Below, piece by piece: positions 28,304 through 39,916 of a DNA stretch of 64,000 bases. The notes under the pieces were generated by a model. It saw only the letters and a program-made list of their open reading frames with translations. It had not been told where the DNA came from and did no database searches. The number at the start of each line of letters is the position of its first letter. The first letter of the stretch is position 1. The position numbers were made by a program, and so were the translations under genes. Source of the stretch: an uncultured Candidatus Micrarchaeota archaeon (GTDB taxonomy: Archaea > Micrarchaeota > Micrarchaeia > Anstonellales > Bilamarchaeaceae); the NCBI GenBank assembly GCA_963723105.1, contig CAVRPK010000002.1, positions 121,098 to 185,097 of the forward strand. Reading direction: 5' to 3'.

Positions 28304-30724
28304 TTAAAGTCCTCTTAGTACTCTTCGCTGTTGTCTTCTTTCTGGTTGTGCTGGTGCAGTTTGAGCTGGTGCTTGCTGCTCTTCAAGAGTTATTCCCTCA
28401 ATTCCGCGTGCCCAATGTCCTGCTGGCCTTGTTCTATTTCTTTGTCTCCATGAATACACTGCAAGAGCTGTAAGTGCTTGCGCGCTTTCACGTCCATCTG
28501 CTGTTAGTGTATCTGTTGTTCCTGAAAACACTTGTCTATTTAGTATTCTCAAATCTTCTGCAAGTCTTTGATTTGTTTCTCCAGTAAGTCCTGCAACATG
28601 ATTGACAAATGCTACCATTGCTTCAATCATTAGTCTTCGATCTCCAGCAGGTGTAGTTTCGCTGAGCCTGACAGCTGGCCTTGTTACTGGTTGATACCTT
28701 GTTTGTCCTGCTGCCCAAGTGTGAAATGCTCGTCCTACAGGAGTACTTGCATCATGGAAAAGTTCATTGAAGGCTCTATCAAATGCTCTTGAGAGATCAT
28801 CTCTGTTTAGATGCCTCAGTGCTCTTTCAAAGACTGGTGTAGTAGAACTTCCATGAACAGTTGAGGCAACATCAGTAGGAAGCCTTAAGATAGATACAAT
28901 TCCTTCTGGCCTTCCTGTTTGTACTGCCCTAAACAATTCGACCTGGAGGTTTTGCCAATGCCTGTGTGCATGTTCTTCAAGCGGAGTTCGTTGTGGCTGT
29001 GCTGGCTGGGCGGTTCTTGCTACTGCTCTTTGCCAGACTGCCTGCTGAATCAATCTTCCAATTTCATTTCTTCCTCTTAAATTTGGATGAAGGTGATCTC
29101 CACGAGGGCTATCATATTCTGGTCTTAGCGTTGCCGGGGTTCCGGTTCCAAGTGATGAGGACAAGTCAACAAATATAATATCTGTTCTCTGGCGAAGCCA
29201 TGCATCAATTGCATCTGCTCTTCTTTGAGCAGCTACACTCCATCTGGGGTATGTCGCATAAGGCGGGCTTCCCCAAACAACTGGTAACACTCCTGCACTA
29301 TGCGCTCTTGCAATCATTGTCTCTAAATTACCTTGAACTGTTTCAAGTGATCTTCCGTCATTTACAATTACTGCTCCTGATATTACTACTATGTTCGGCT
29401 GTCCACGTCCTCCGATTCTATGGCCATTATATCTTCTTAGAACTCCTGACATTGCCTCTCCTGAAACACCATCAGATTCAACGCGTGCACTTGGAACATC
29501 TCTTCTAAGAAGTCTTTGCAGTTCCCTTCCAACTGCTCCTCCCGCAGTAAGTGAAGCTCCAACAATCAGTACATTTGGATTTGCAAGAGCAGCTGCGTAT
29601 CTGCTCATATCAAGACCAGTTTGAGCCTCTGCAACTCTTGTTGGTGCTGCTGGTTGCGCTTCCGGAATCTCAAGAACTTCAGGAGCTTGCCAGGTTGCAA
29701 TTCTACTTTGTGCTCTTCCGCGTCCGCGTGCTGGATGCTCCTGATACCATCTTCTCATATATAGTGATGAGCTTGTGATCGTATCTGCATCCATTGGACT
29801 GCTAAGGTATGCTCTTTGGAAAACCAATCTCACTTCCTCTCTATCTGCATCTTGCTCTGGAGTTCGAACCAAATCAACATGTGCAAGTCTTCCATGTTCT
29901 GTATCTTGATTAGTTAGAAGCTGGCTTATCTCTTGTCTAAATCTCGTGTTTCCACCATTTGGACGCGCTTCAAAATGCATCAAATAATATCTAATATAGA
30001 AATTAGCAGCTCTAATTACCGGATCACTTGCATCTGCTGCAAGAGTTCCACTACTTGCAGTAATTGCACTTTGAAGCCTTGTGAAATCCGCATTAGTTCC
30101 AGCTTGTGATGAGAGATATAATCTGAATCTTGGAATCTGCAATAATTCATTGAAAACAGAAACTGTTGTTGCTCTTTGATTAGGTGTTCCGGCGGCGCTT
30201 CCTGCTCTTTCTCCTGTAGTTAGGAACTGCTCAATATATCTGGAGTTTGTATGAAGCGCGCTTGCAGCACCTGTAGCTGCTCTGTCCGAGCCTCTGGAAT
30301 TTCTAAGCTGCGTTTCTATCCATTGTGCGGAAATTGTAGGCCTTGGAGCTTCTCGTGGCGGCGGAGTAGGTGGTCTTGCTGCCGGAGTTCTCTCCCGTGG
30401 AGGTCTGCTTCTTGGCGGCCTTGATCTTGGCGGCGGAGTAGTTCTTCTTTCTGTTCCGCCTCCTCCTGTTTCTTCTCTTGCGCCTGGATGCAATTGCCTG
30501 AAGATGCCACTTGCAATACTTCTAGCAGAACCAATCCGTTCAAATGCAGCTGCATCAGCATCAGGAGCTCCTCCTATACCTACATTAATTGCTCTTCTGA
30601 CTTTTCCAGTCAATTGTGGAATTGTGTCCTCTATACTAAAAGTAATTCCAGTAACTCTTCTCCATCCACTTGGCCCAACTACGACCAATGTATTTCCCTG
30701 AAGTTCTACTCTTGCACCTGCCAT
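28304..30724 (-). CDS. 806-aa protein with a central SGNH/GDSL hydrolase domain and a Pro/Arg-rich linker
   Basis: Block I VLIVGASLT, block II GVSG, block III VND, block V DHLHPN; its start overlaps the upstream stop (TAATG). Confidence 0.8.
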   Translation of the reverse strand: MAGARVELQGNTLVVVGPSGWRRVTGITFSIEDTIPQLTGKVRRAINVGIGGAPDADAAAFERIGSARSIASGIFRQLHPGAREETGGGGTERRTTPPPRSRPPRSRPPRERTPAARPPTPPPREAPRPTISAQWIETQLRNSRGSDRAATGAASALHTNSRYIEQFLTTGERAGSAAGTPNQRATTVSVFNELLQIPRFRLYLSSQAGTNADFTRLQSAITASSGTLAADASDPVIRAANFYIRYYLMHFEARPNGGNTRFRQEISQLLTNQDTEHGRLAHVDLVRTPEQDADREEVRLVFQRAYLSSPMDADTITSSSLYMRRWYQEHPARGRGRAQSRIATWQAPEVLEIPEAQPAAPTRVAEAQTGLDMSRYAAALANPNVLIVGASLTAGGAVGRELQRLLRRDVPSARVESDGVSGEAMSGVLRRYNGHRIGGRGQPNIVVISGAVIVNDGRSLETVQGNLETMIARAHSAGVLPVVWGSPPYATYPRWSVAAQRRADAIDAWLRQRTDIIFVDLSSSLGTGTPATLRPEYDSPRGDHLHPNLRGRNEIGRLIQQAVWQRAVARTAQPAQPQRTPLEEHAHRHWQNLQVELFRAVQTGRPEGIVSILRLPTDVASTVHGSSTTPVFERALRHLNRDDLSRAFDRAFNELFHDASTPVGRAFHTWAAGQTRYQPVTRPAVRLSETTPAGDRRLMIEAMVAFVNHVAGLTGETNQRLAEDLRILNRQVFSGTTDTLTADGRESAQALTALAVYSWRQRNRTRPAGHWARGIEGITLEEQQAPAQTAPAQPERRQQRRVLRGL

Positions 30725-33700
30725 TATTGTCGCCTCGATCTATGTGCTCTTGCATATCCATGGATATGATTTCTATATGCAGTTCTAGCTCCTCTTGCGC
30801 TAAATGAAACTGTCATATCAGCTCCTTCTCCTTCAACTGTTATTCCAAGAGATCTCCTCAGTCTAGCTGATCTATCAGATGTTCCAGTTATTATTCTATA
30901 TATATCCGCCTTTATCTCTGTTCGAGCATGTGCTCTATTTGCTTGTTGCGCGCTTTCAATTCCTTCCTGGTCTTCTCCAAATGCTGCTCTCATCACAACA
31001 CCATCACCGCGCCTTCTTGTGCCTTCACCCTCAACATCATTAAACAACGCGTCGATTCTAGCATCAATAAATTCAGCTATTTGAACTCCACCGCGCTCTT
31101 CACTTTGATAAAAGCTTTGGGCCTCTGGACTAAGTCCAACTGTTGGAGCTCTTTCTACTTCTGCAGGCTCTTCGGTTTCTTCATCCTGTTGCTCTGCAGG
31201 CTGCCTTGTTTCAAAGCCTGGCCTTCTTGGATATCTTGGCCTTTCTTCTTCTTCAAGCACTTCTGCGCGCGTTCTACCTGCATCTGTTCTTCTTGGAGTT
31301 GAACTTCTAGCATCTCCTCTGCTTCTTCGTTCTGCTCCACCTGCTCGTTCTCTCATTTCAACTGGGGTTGATCCACTCCACCAGCCTCTTGATCTATAAT
31401 AACCTGATTGCCTATCGAGATACTCGTAGATTGCCTGAGGGGCCATGTCTTGAGTTTGTGCATTTGCTTGAATGTGCCTTAGAATTTCATGTAAATTTTC
31501 GATCTGATGGCCATTATCTGCCATCCACTTCATTACTCCATTTGTAGCTCGTCCTCCGCGCATTTCAGTATGAGTTGTTGCAAATGCAATTGCTTCTGCA
31601 TATTCACTGCCTCGAAGCGCTCCATCCATCTGAGCAAATATCCTAGGTGCAACTTGTCCGCTTTCTCTTGCAGTTGCAAGTGCTGTTCCAGGGTTTTCTG
31701 CAATCAAGGTTGCAAGTGCATTTAAGTCTCCGTAAATCTCTTCACCAAATTCTCCTTCAGTGAGGTTGAATCTGTTGAATGCACGAAGAGCAGCAGTGTT
31801 GCTTTCATATGTTCGAAGTAGTGACTCTAGTGTTGTTCTTACACTCGGATCCGTACAAGCTCTTCGATCAAGATTTCCTAGGAATGAATTCTGTGCAATT
31901 GCCGTTCCAAGATAGAGGTTTTCATCTGTTAAAAGTCCTCGAAGAACTTGCGCTCTTCTTGCAGGAGTAAGAGTGACAAGAGAACTAATGCTTGTTCTGT
32001 TTGCTTCAGAAGAAAGTTCACTAATTACATTATCTAAATATACTACTGGTATATGTCCCTGCTGGACTCCCATCCAGACAAATGCAAATGCGCTCGGGTT
32101 ATTGTGAAGGAATTCAATCATTCTTGCATGTTCTGCATTTGGTCTTCCTGCTTGGATTTCAGCAGGCGTAATTACTCCAGCATCAGCAAGCAGCTGAGTT
32201 GCAGCTCCTTCTGCAAATGACATCACAATTCCTCGCTCTCTCCATTGTGACATTCTAAGATCTGCCATGTCTGTAATGTCAAGATGCTCTTTGCGTTCAC
32301 TTACCAAAGTCGCATCAACCATCTCAAGACTTATTCCCCAGGGCTGAATTATTGCAAGCAATTCACGCTCTGCTTCAGTACGATCTGCACTTCCTTCAGC
32401 AGCAGTTCTTCTGGTATCAAGCAACTCATTGATATCTTCAAGTCGTCCTGTCATCTCTCTGCCATCAGTGAGGAACTCATTCATTCTTCTTGGATTCAGG
32501 TAGTGTCCGCTTCCTTCAAGAAGTGCTGTCAACTGTTCCTGGTTCCCAGGTCTTCTGTCAGTTGATTGTGGAAGGGTATTTGGCAGATGGAAATAGAACT
32601 GCCTTCCTTCTTCAGTGTCTGTTATCCAGAGTGCATTTTCTTCTGAAATGGAAATTCCAAAATCTCTTTGTGCTATTGCAATACCTTGTCTGATTTCATC
32701 TTCATTGGAAAGCATGTCATGAAGCGGACTATAAATAAATCTCCAGCCAAGATATCCTGCTCCTGCCCATGTTGCAATCTGTGGCACCATCCTCACTGAA
32801 TTTGATGGCCTGAGCATTGCATAAGGCACTGATCCTCCAGCTGCTCTTGCTGATTGGATCGCTCTGTAATACTGCATTCCCCCCCAGTGAGTCAATGGAA
32901 AATGTGCTCTTGTTCCAGTTGCCCTATGTCCAAATACCCATCTCCATGCTCCTGTTGCATACTCTCCTACTGTTCCGCGCACTGTATGCGAAGCCTCTCT
33001 TGCAAGTATTCCTGCCTGCTCTGAAATTCCAGGTATAAGCTGTTCCATTCTTGGATTTGATATTCCTATTGCATGGAAGTTTGCACGCATCTCAGCAGTT
33101 CTTACAGATCTGAGCATTCTGGCCAGTGGGGTTCCCATATCAAAGACTACTTCGATATTTCCTCCTTCACCAATTGCCTGCTCGAATATTCTTCTCTGCT
33201 GCGGTCCATAATTCTCCCGGACTGCTCTTCCAACTCTTTCACTTCGAAGGACAGTTGCGATTGCATCATCAAGATTTCCTCCCTGTAGCATTTGCTCTGA
33301 AATCCCTCTTCGAACTGCCTGCGCAACAGGATCTCCTTCTGCAGAAATTCTTCCAATCATGCTTCTTGTTGAATTTCTAAGTGTAAGTCCTTCTGCAATT
33401 ATCACATCTCCGGAAATTGCTCCTCTGCCTTCAAGTTGCAATAATAATGCAGCACGATCTCCGGCACTAAATTCTGTTCCAAGAAGTCTTTCAGTTTGTG
33501 CAAGCGGTCGCAATGCTGCTCTTTGGTCTCTTGTTTGCTGAACCAATTGCTGATTCTGTTCAAATGCTGTTTCATGGGCTGTGTTTGCTCTCTCGTGTGC
33601 TGCTTCAAGTCTAGCTAGTCTTCTTCCTGTTACTCCTCTTGTTCTTGCTGCTTCAAGGTTTACTCTTGCTGTTTCAAGAGCTTGTCCAGTCCTCTGGGCT

Positions 33701-36700
33701 ACTGCTTCAGAAGCTGCAAGGCTACTTTCAATCTCTGCAAGCCTTGCTGCTGCACCACGCTCTGTTGCTTCTACTATTAATGTCACTTCTTCAGTTGTAA
33801 ATGGTCTTGCATCAGTAAGTTCCATATATGCATCTGCAGTTCTACTGCTTCCAGCAGCCTGTCTTATTGATCCTTGTGTTCTTGCAAGTGCTCTTGCAAG
33901 TGCAGGATCACTTCTTGCTGCTGCTTCAAGATGGGGTCTGAGGTTTGGAGACGAATAAAGCTTTCTCAAAACTCCAAGATATCCTTCCCTTGTTCCTCTT
34001 CCTGCGCTTGTTGCCATTCTGTCTATTCTGACAAACAAGTCAATTGATCGCTGCACGCTGTTTCTTGCCATATTTGCAACTTCAGTTGCTTCTGCCCTTG
34101 CCTGCAGTGCTGTACGTTGTGCTGCCTGGACCTCAGCTGCAGGTGCTCCAGCTTCTGTCAGTGTCCTGAAATTTGCTTCTGCTCTTTCTGCTACTCTATT
34201 CGCTCTTCCAATTACAACATTGACTTCTTCCGGAGTCATGGTAATGTCTGAGATTATGTCACTCATTCTTGTCTGAGCATCTTCTATGATCCTGTCTGCA
34301 TTTGGAGGTTCTGCTGGATTTCTTCTTGCTGCTCTTGTTGCCCTCCAATCACGGAGCCTTCCAACTACTCTTCTATATAATAGTGTTCCTCTGCCAATCT
34401 GTCTTGGCTGCTCTCCTGGCCGAAGTATCCCTGATTCTAATGCTTGTGCATTGAGCTCTGCCTGCTGGCTATCTACTGCGCCTGGCTCTCTTACTCCAGT
34501 TGGTTCTCTTGGTGTGCCTCCAGTTCGTCTTTCACCACCACTTACTCTTCTGCTTGCTCCACCTGCCGGTGCTCCAGTTCCAGGAGGAGTTCCTGATGGG
34601 GGAGTACTTGCACTTGCTCGAATTGGTGGCATGGTTGTTTCGCCAGTTATTCTTGGCTGTCCTGGAACTTCAATAACATATTCTGTTCCAGTACCTGTTC
34701 TAATAATCTCAAATTCCATGGTTGCTTCTGCAGCATGTGCTTCAGTAATCACTTCATCCGGAACAGCTCTTCTAAGAGGTCCTGGTGCTTCAGGAGTTCC
34801 GAATTCCCTTAGTATTGCACGAGTTGAGAATGGTGTGTCTATTCCAGTATCAAGCGCATGCCTTACTGCTCTGTTTTGAAGAAGCACATCTATTCTGGCA
34901 GCTGCTTGTGGATGTTCTGCTCTTATTGCTTCAAGCCTTGCACGGGCTGCGATCATACTGCTTGTTCTTGCTTCTGCTGGAGTTGCTTCAAACCCTGCAA
35001 GCTCTCCAAGGAATGATCTGAATCGCTCTGGATTTGAAATAAATGATGCAAGATCGCGAAGTGGTCTCATTCCTCCTCCAGGTCCTCCTGGCGGAGTTGG
35101 GAATTCCAAACCTCTAATTCCGCGCACAAGTGCTGCTTCTGCAAGTTGATTTAATTCCCCTCCGCGAAGTGCTGTTCTTATTGCGCCCTGTCTCATAAGC
35201 TGAGAAATTTGGATTCTAAGTCTTGATGAAAAACCTCCGAAAATTTCAAGTGCAATCGGATTCTGTGCGCGAAGTAGTCTCATGAACCTGAACATTGTAC
35301 TTGGGTTTCCAAGTTCGCGTGCTCCTAATACTTCTGGCGGAGCTTCTCCAAATTCTGCTGCAAATTCTCTTGCATAAATTCTTGCTTGGCCTCTTGCTGA
35401 TCTTATAGCAATTGCCCTTCTAGCAGCAGATCCTCCCATTAGTGCCCATGGGAAAAGTCCAAGTCCGATCATAAGAGCTGCATTTGTAGTATCTCCTCTT
35501 TGATATGCCTGATATCCATGATAGAATGCATATCCTGAGAAGAACGTTGCAATTCCAAGATTCGCAACATTCAATCCAGTTGCAACTCTTGAGAGTCTTA
35601 TTGCATGGGTAGTTGCACCAGCTGCCCGGGCTGCAAGTGCAGCACGACCTACTCTTGCAGCAGCACCCATCATCCCAAGGCTTACTACTACAAGTCCTGC
35701 CATTGCCCAGCTTTCTGCTGATGCATGGCCATGAACTCTGTATTCAGTTACAATTTGTTCAGCTGCCATTCCAAGGAATATTGCTCCTGAAACATATGGA
35801 CCAACTACTGGAATAAATGCAGCTGCAAGTCCAGCGCCAATTAATGCCCACTGAAGTGCCTGCTGATTTCTTTGAACTGTTTGCTGCATTACTGTAAGTA
35901 TTGATTGTGCTCTCTCAAGTGCAGCTGTTGCCACTTCGCCCTGACTTTCGTAAGCATGACGAAGCTGGCTTAGCACTTCACTTTGCGCTCTTGCATAATC
36001 AGTAGTTATCTGAGCTGCTCCGCTTTGAGGAATTGCAAATATTGAAGTTTCAAGAAGAGTTGCAATTTGTCCTCTTCTATTGAGCTCATCATCGCTAAGG
36101 TTTCCAAATAGGATTTGATGGAATGCACTCAAATGCGCAGATCTATAAAATTCAAAACCCTGCATTCTTCGCTGTTCATCATAAGCAGTTCTAACTGCTT
36201 GTCTTCCACCAAGAGCTTGTGCGAGTCCTGGCGCTCTAGCAAACAAAATTTGTGTTGCCATCGGAGAGTTTTCTGCCAGGTATCCCATCAAAGCTTCTTG
36301 TCTGCTTGAGATTGCCTGCATGTAAGCTTGCTCTGCATCTTCAAAATTATTTATCAGCATTGCTCTTCTTGCTGCAATTAATTGATCTTGGCACTGGACT
36401 AATCTTGCTCCAGTTCGCGCAGCTACTTCCCCACTTGTAGTTAGCACAACTTGCCTGTATTGTTCGTTAAGAGCAAGCTGTCCATTTAGAACTGCAAATG
36501 CACGTGCAATTCTCGCTTCCCTGCTAACTTCTCCAAGGAATTCTCCAAGTTGCTGTTCTGGGAATGCTCCGTTTAATCCCTGCAATTGTTCAAAGAAAGC
36601 AAGTGCCTCACCAGCTAGATGCGGCATCACATATGTTGAAGTTGCCTGTAGCGAACTGATATAATGAATGAGGGCAGTTCTTCTTGCTTCAAGTCTTGTT

Positions 36701-39470
36701 ATTGCAGCTCGCCTTGGTGCAAGATCTCTTGCTGATGGTGCAGCTACTCCTTCTGGAACATTATCATAGAGTCCGCCAATTTCTACAAGCATTCTATTTA
36801 CTTCAAGAAGCCTGTCTCTTGCGCTCTGAAGATTTTGCTGTCTTAGTGTTCCTGCTGTAACATGCCCTAGTCTTGTATTGAATCTGTCAACTACGCGATT
36901 GAACTCTGCCATATTTCCTGTTGTAGCAGCAACTCTAAGTTGTCTTGTGAGTTGCCTTAGGGTTCTCTGTCCGCGAAGCCTTGGATCAGTTCCAGCAAAG
37001 TCTCTTTCGTATCGTCGAACATCAGCAAGAGCAACATATCCTTCATATCTTCCCCCTGTTCTTGTTCCAAGAGGCAATTGCCCTCTGGTATCTGTCTGTC
37101 CGGCAACCCAATCCTGCCTTCCCATGATTCTCTCTTCAAGCTGATGCGCTCTTGTTAGAAGAATTTCGGTATTTGCAATTCTTGCTGAGCCTGAATCAAA
37201 CCTTTCAGCTGCAGCAGTATGTTGTTCCAGTGTTTGTGCATTGACTTCCATTTCAATTGCTTCAAGCATCTCCTGTCTTCCTTGCACATAACCTGGAGTT
37301 CTCTGTCCAAAGCTGGTTGAAAATAATCCATATCTCCATCCTTCTCTTTGTCTGCTTTCTGCAGTTCCATAATAGTCTCTGGCATATTGAAGCAGAATGT
37401 GCGCTCCTTGGAAATCTCCTTGTCTTGCCCTATCTCTTGCTACTGCAAGTGCATCTTGTATCCCATCTTGCCCAATTTCTCTTCCTGCAATTGATCTTTC
37501 AATTCTTCCTGCTTCGCGTCTTACATATGCATTTTGTGCAGCTGCATAACTTTCTACAAATCTCTGTTCAATAGGCTCTCCAGCAAGTGTGAATCTTCCT
37601 CCTCTTGCATATTCAATTATCCGTTCCATTCCCTGAAGGAAGGCTGCATCGGATTCTGCTACTGATGTTATTCTTCCGCTTCTTCGAACTCCAAGTCTTT
37701 CAACTGCTTCGCTATACATTGCAATAAATGTCAAAACTCTTCTTGCTCTTGTAAGGTTTCCCTGTTCAATAAGATCATCAATATGACGCAAGCGTTTCAG
37801 TTGCAACTGTTTTCTGTGAAAATCTTCCCCAGGTTCCTATTCTTGTTCTAAGTTCACTTACTGTTGAAGAATATTCATGGCGAAGTGTTCCGTCATGGAA
37901 CTGTTCACTGCTGTCGGTTCCGGTAAGCTCTGCATCAAGTGCTGCTTCCATCTGCTCTGAGCCTGCAAATGCTCTCCATCTTCTCTGCTCACCAATTGTT
38001 GTGTATGCAGTTACCATATCAAACAATCGTTCTGCTCCAGCAACATCCCCACTCAAAAGCCTAACTCTCGCAGCCTGAATTGCTGATCGAATTCTTTCTC
38101 TTTTTGCTGCTGGGCCTCTATTTCTATATCTTGTTTCAAGCGAATCCATATCTGCTCTTAGCGTTGCGATATTGAGCGTGTCCTGGAATCTGTGCGCCAT
38201 TGCTGGCGTGAATGAAATCCTTCCATCAATGATTCTGTTTATCTCTGCATAATTATCGAGATATCGTCTTCCTTGTCCATTTGCAATCTGCTCAAGAAGA
38301 CCCATCATCATTGAAAGTCTTGCAATCTGAACCTCACTAGAATCAAGTGCATCAAGTGCTCTTTGAGCATACCATGCCGGGCTATGTTCTGCCGGAGCTC
38401 TTCTTGAAGTTCCCCTAAGCGCAACTGCCCTTTCCCTCAAATCTTCTACTTGTTCCGTTTCAGTTCTTGGCTGCACTGTTCCGCTTAATATATGGTATCT
38501 CTGAATCAGTCCTCGAGCCTGCTGAAGATCAACTGTCCTATCTCTCCCAAGTCTTGCTAAAAAAGTATCCATCTCCTGCTGAAGGCTTTGGATGGCAGCT
38601 GCCCGTATTCTATCTTGTGCAACATCTGCAGAAATTAATTCAAGTTGCTGCCTGTAGTGTGTGAGTGTTGCTATTGTTTCAGTTCTAATTGCAGATTGTG
38701 CTGTCCTTAAATCCTCAGTAAATTGTCCAATAAACTGCCTATCTGCTATTGCATCTTCTTCTGAATATATCACTCCCTCTCTGGCATCTTCGCCTCTCTC
38801 AATAATAAATCTGTATCCTCTATCTCTGATAATTGATGCCTGGGATCCTTCTATCCTGCTAAGCTGAGGAAGTCTTGCAAGCAATCTCCCAACTGCTAAA
38901 ATATTAATTCCTCTTTGGTTGTTACGTGTTCCAATATCAATAAGCGCTGATTCAAGTCCGTTGCAATACTTCATCTGGAATGTCCTCACTTTCAATTCCA
39001 GAAATTTGTACATTTGTTGGAGTTCCTGCGAGAAGCAATCTCATTCCAATATCATAAACTTCTCCGATTCTTACAATCTTATCTCTTGCCTCTGCAAGTG
39101 ACCTAACTGCATTTCCAAGTCTTCCTTCATTTGCTTCGGTTACTGATCTTTCAATTACTGCTTCTATCATTTCAAGTTCGTTTGTGTATCTTTGCCCAAG
39201 AATCGGAACAGATGTAAGATGCATTCTTGTAACTGTTCTTCGAAGCATATCTGCATCCCTTTGAACTCCTTCTGAGGTCCTTGCTCCAGGACTTACTCTT
39301 ATTTCTCCTGCGTATTCGAGCAGTTCACTGATCTGTGCTTGCACTCTTGTAAGTCCTTCTCTAAGTTCCTGTTCTTGTCCTGGACTTACTACTGTTCTGA
39401 TTGGTACAATAGAAATTGGAAGGTGACTTTCTTCTCTTGTTTCCGGTCTTCTTCTTTGACGTTCTGCCAT
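30724..39470 (-). CDS. Giant membrane protein (~2914 aa if joined) interrupted by two +1 frameshifts near 38955 and 37790 (track ORFs 38952-39479, 37778-39013, 30724-37806)
   Basis: Three overlapping ORFs share the same Arg-rich, Lys-poor composition. Only the first has an RBS (GGTGA before the ATG at 39470). Deleting one base at each junction gives one frame. Confidence 0.7.
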
Positions 39471-39479
39471 AATCTTCAC

Positions 39480-39800
39480 CTATGAATATGTTTGACAAAT
39501 TAGAACAAAGTCACGCAGTCTATCCATGCGAGCTTTCTCATCTTCTTTTCCTTTTGCTCTTAGTGCTTCTCTCTGCCAGCTTTCAAGAGCGCCGTGGAAA
39601 TTCCTTATTTTTACAACCTGCGGAAAAATATTGTCTGGTTTTGTTGGTGCAGCATCCCATTTTGCAAGGAAACTCTCCAGGGAATTGAGTGTTCGCCCTA
39701 CACGTTTCATTGTTTCATCTTCAACAGAATTAACATCCAGTTTTTTTGGGATTTTTGTTACTTTTGATTTACGTGAAGGTTTCTTTTTAGACATAGACAC
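39480..39800 (-). CDS. Hypothetical small basic helical protein in the giant-gene cluster
   Basis: 106-aa ORF; its stop codon abuts the RBS of the next gene. Confidence 0.7.
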   Translation of the reverse strand: MSMSKKKPSRKSKVTKIPKKLDVNSVEDETMKRVGRTLNSLESFLAKWDAAPTKPDNIFPQVVKIRNFHGALESWQREALRAKGKEDEKARMDRLRDFVLICQTYS

Positions 39801-39916
39801 ACCTATAAAAAAGTATGCCGAAGCAACTTTATAAATGTGGCTTTGATCCTATTGAGTATTATTAGTATGGATTATGGCAGTAAAATTAGAAAAATAAATT
39901 AGAAAAAAGAAAAAAT

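Noticed and set aside
37778..38965. BHB-type mRNA introns or a shared slippery sequence at the two frameshift junctions
   Set aside because: No BHB or homopolymer is visible, and TTGCAA is very frequent throughout the window, so its presence at both sites is not diagnostic.
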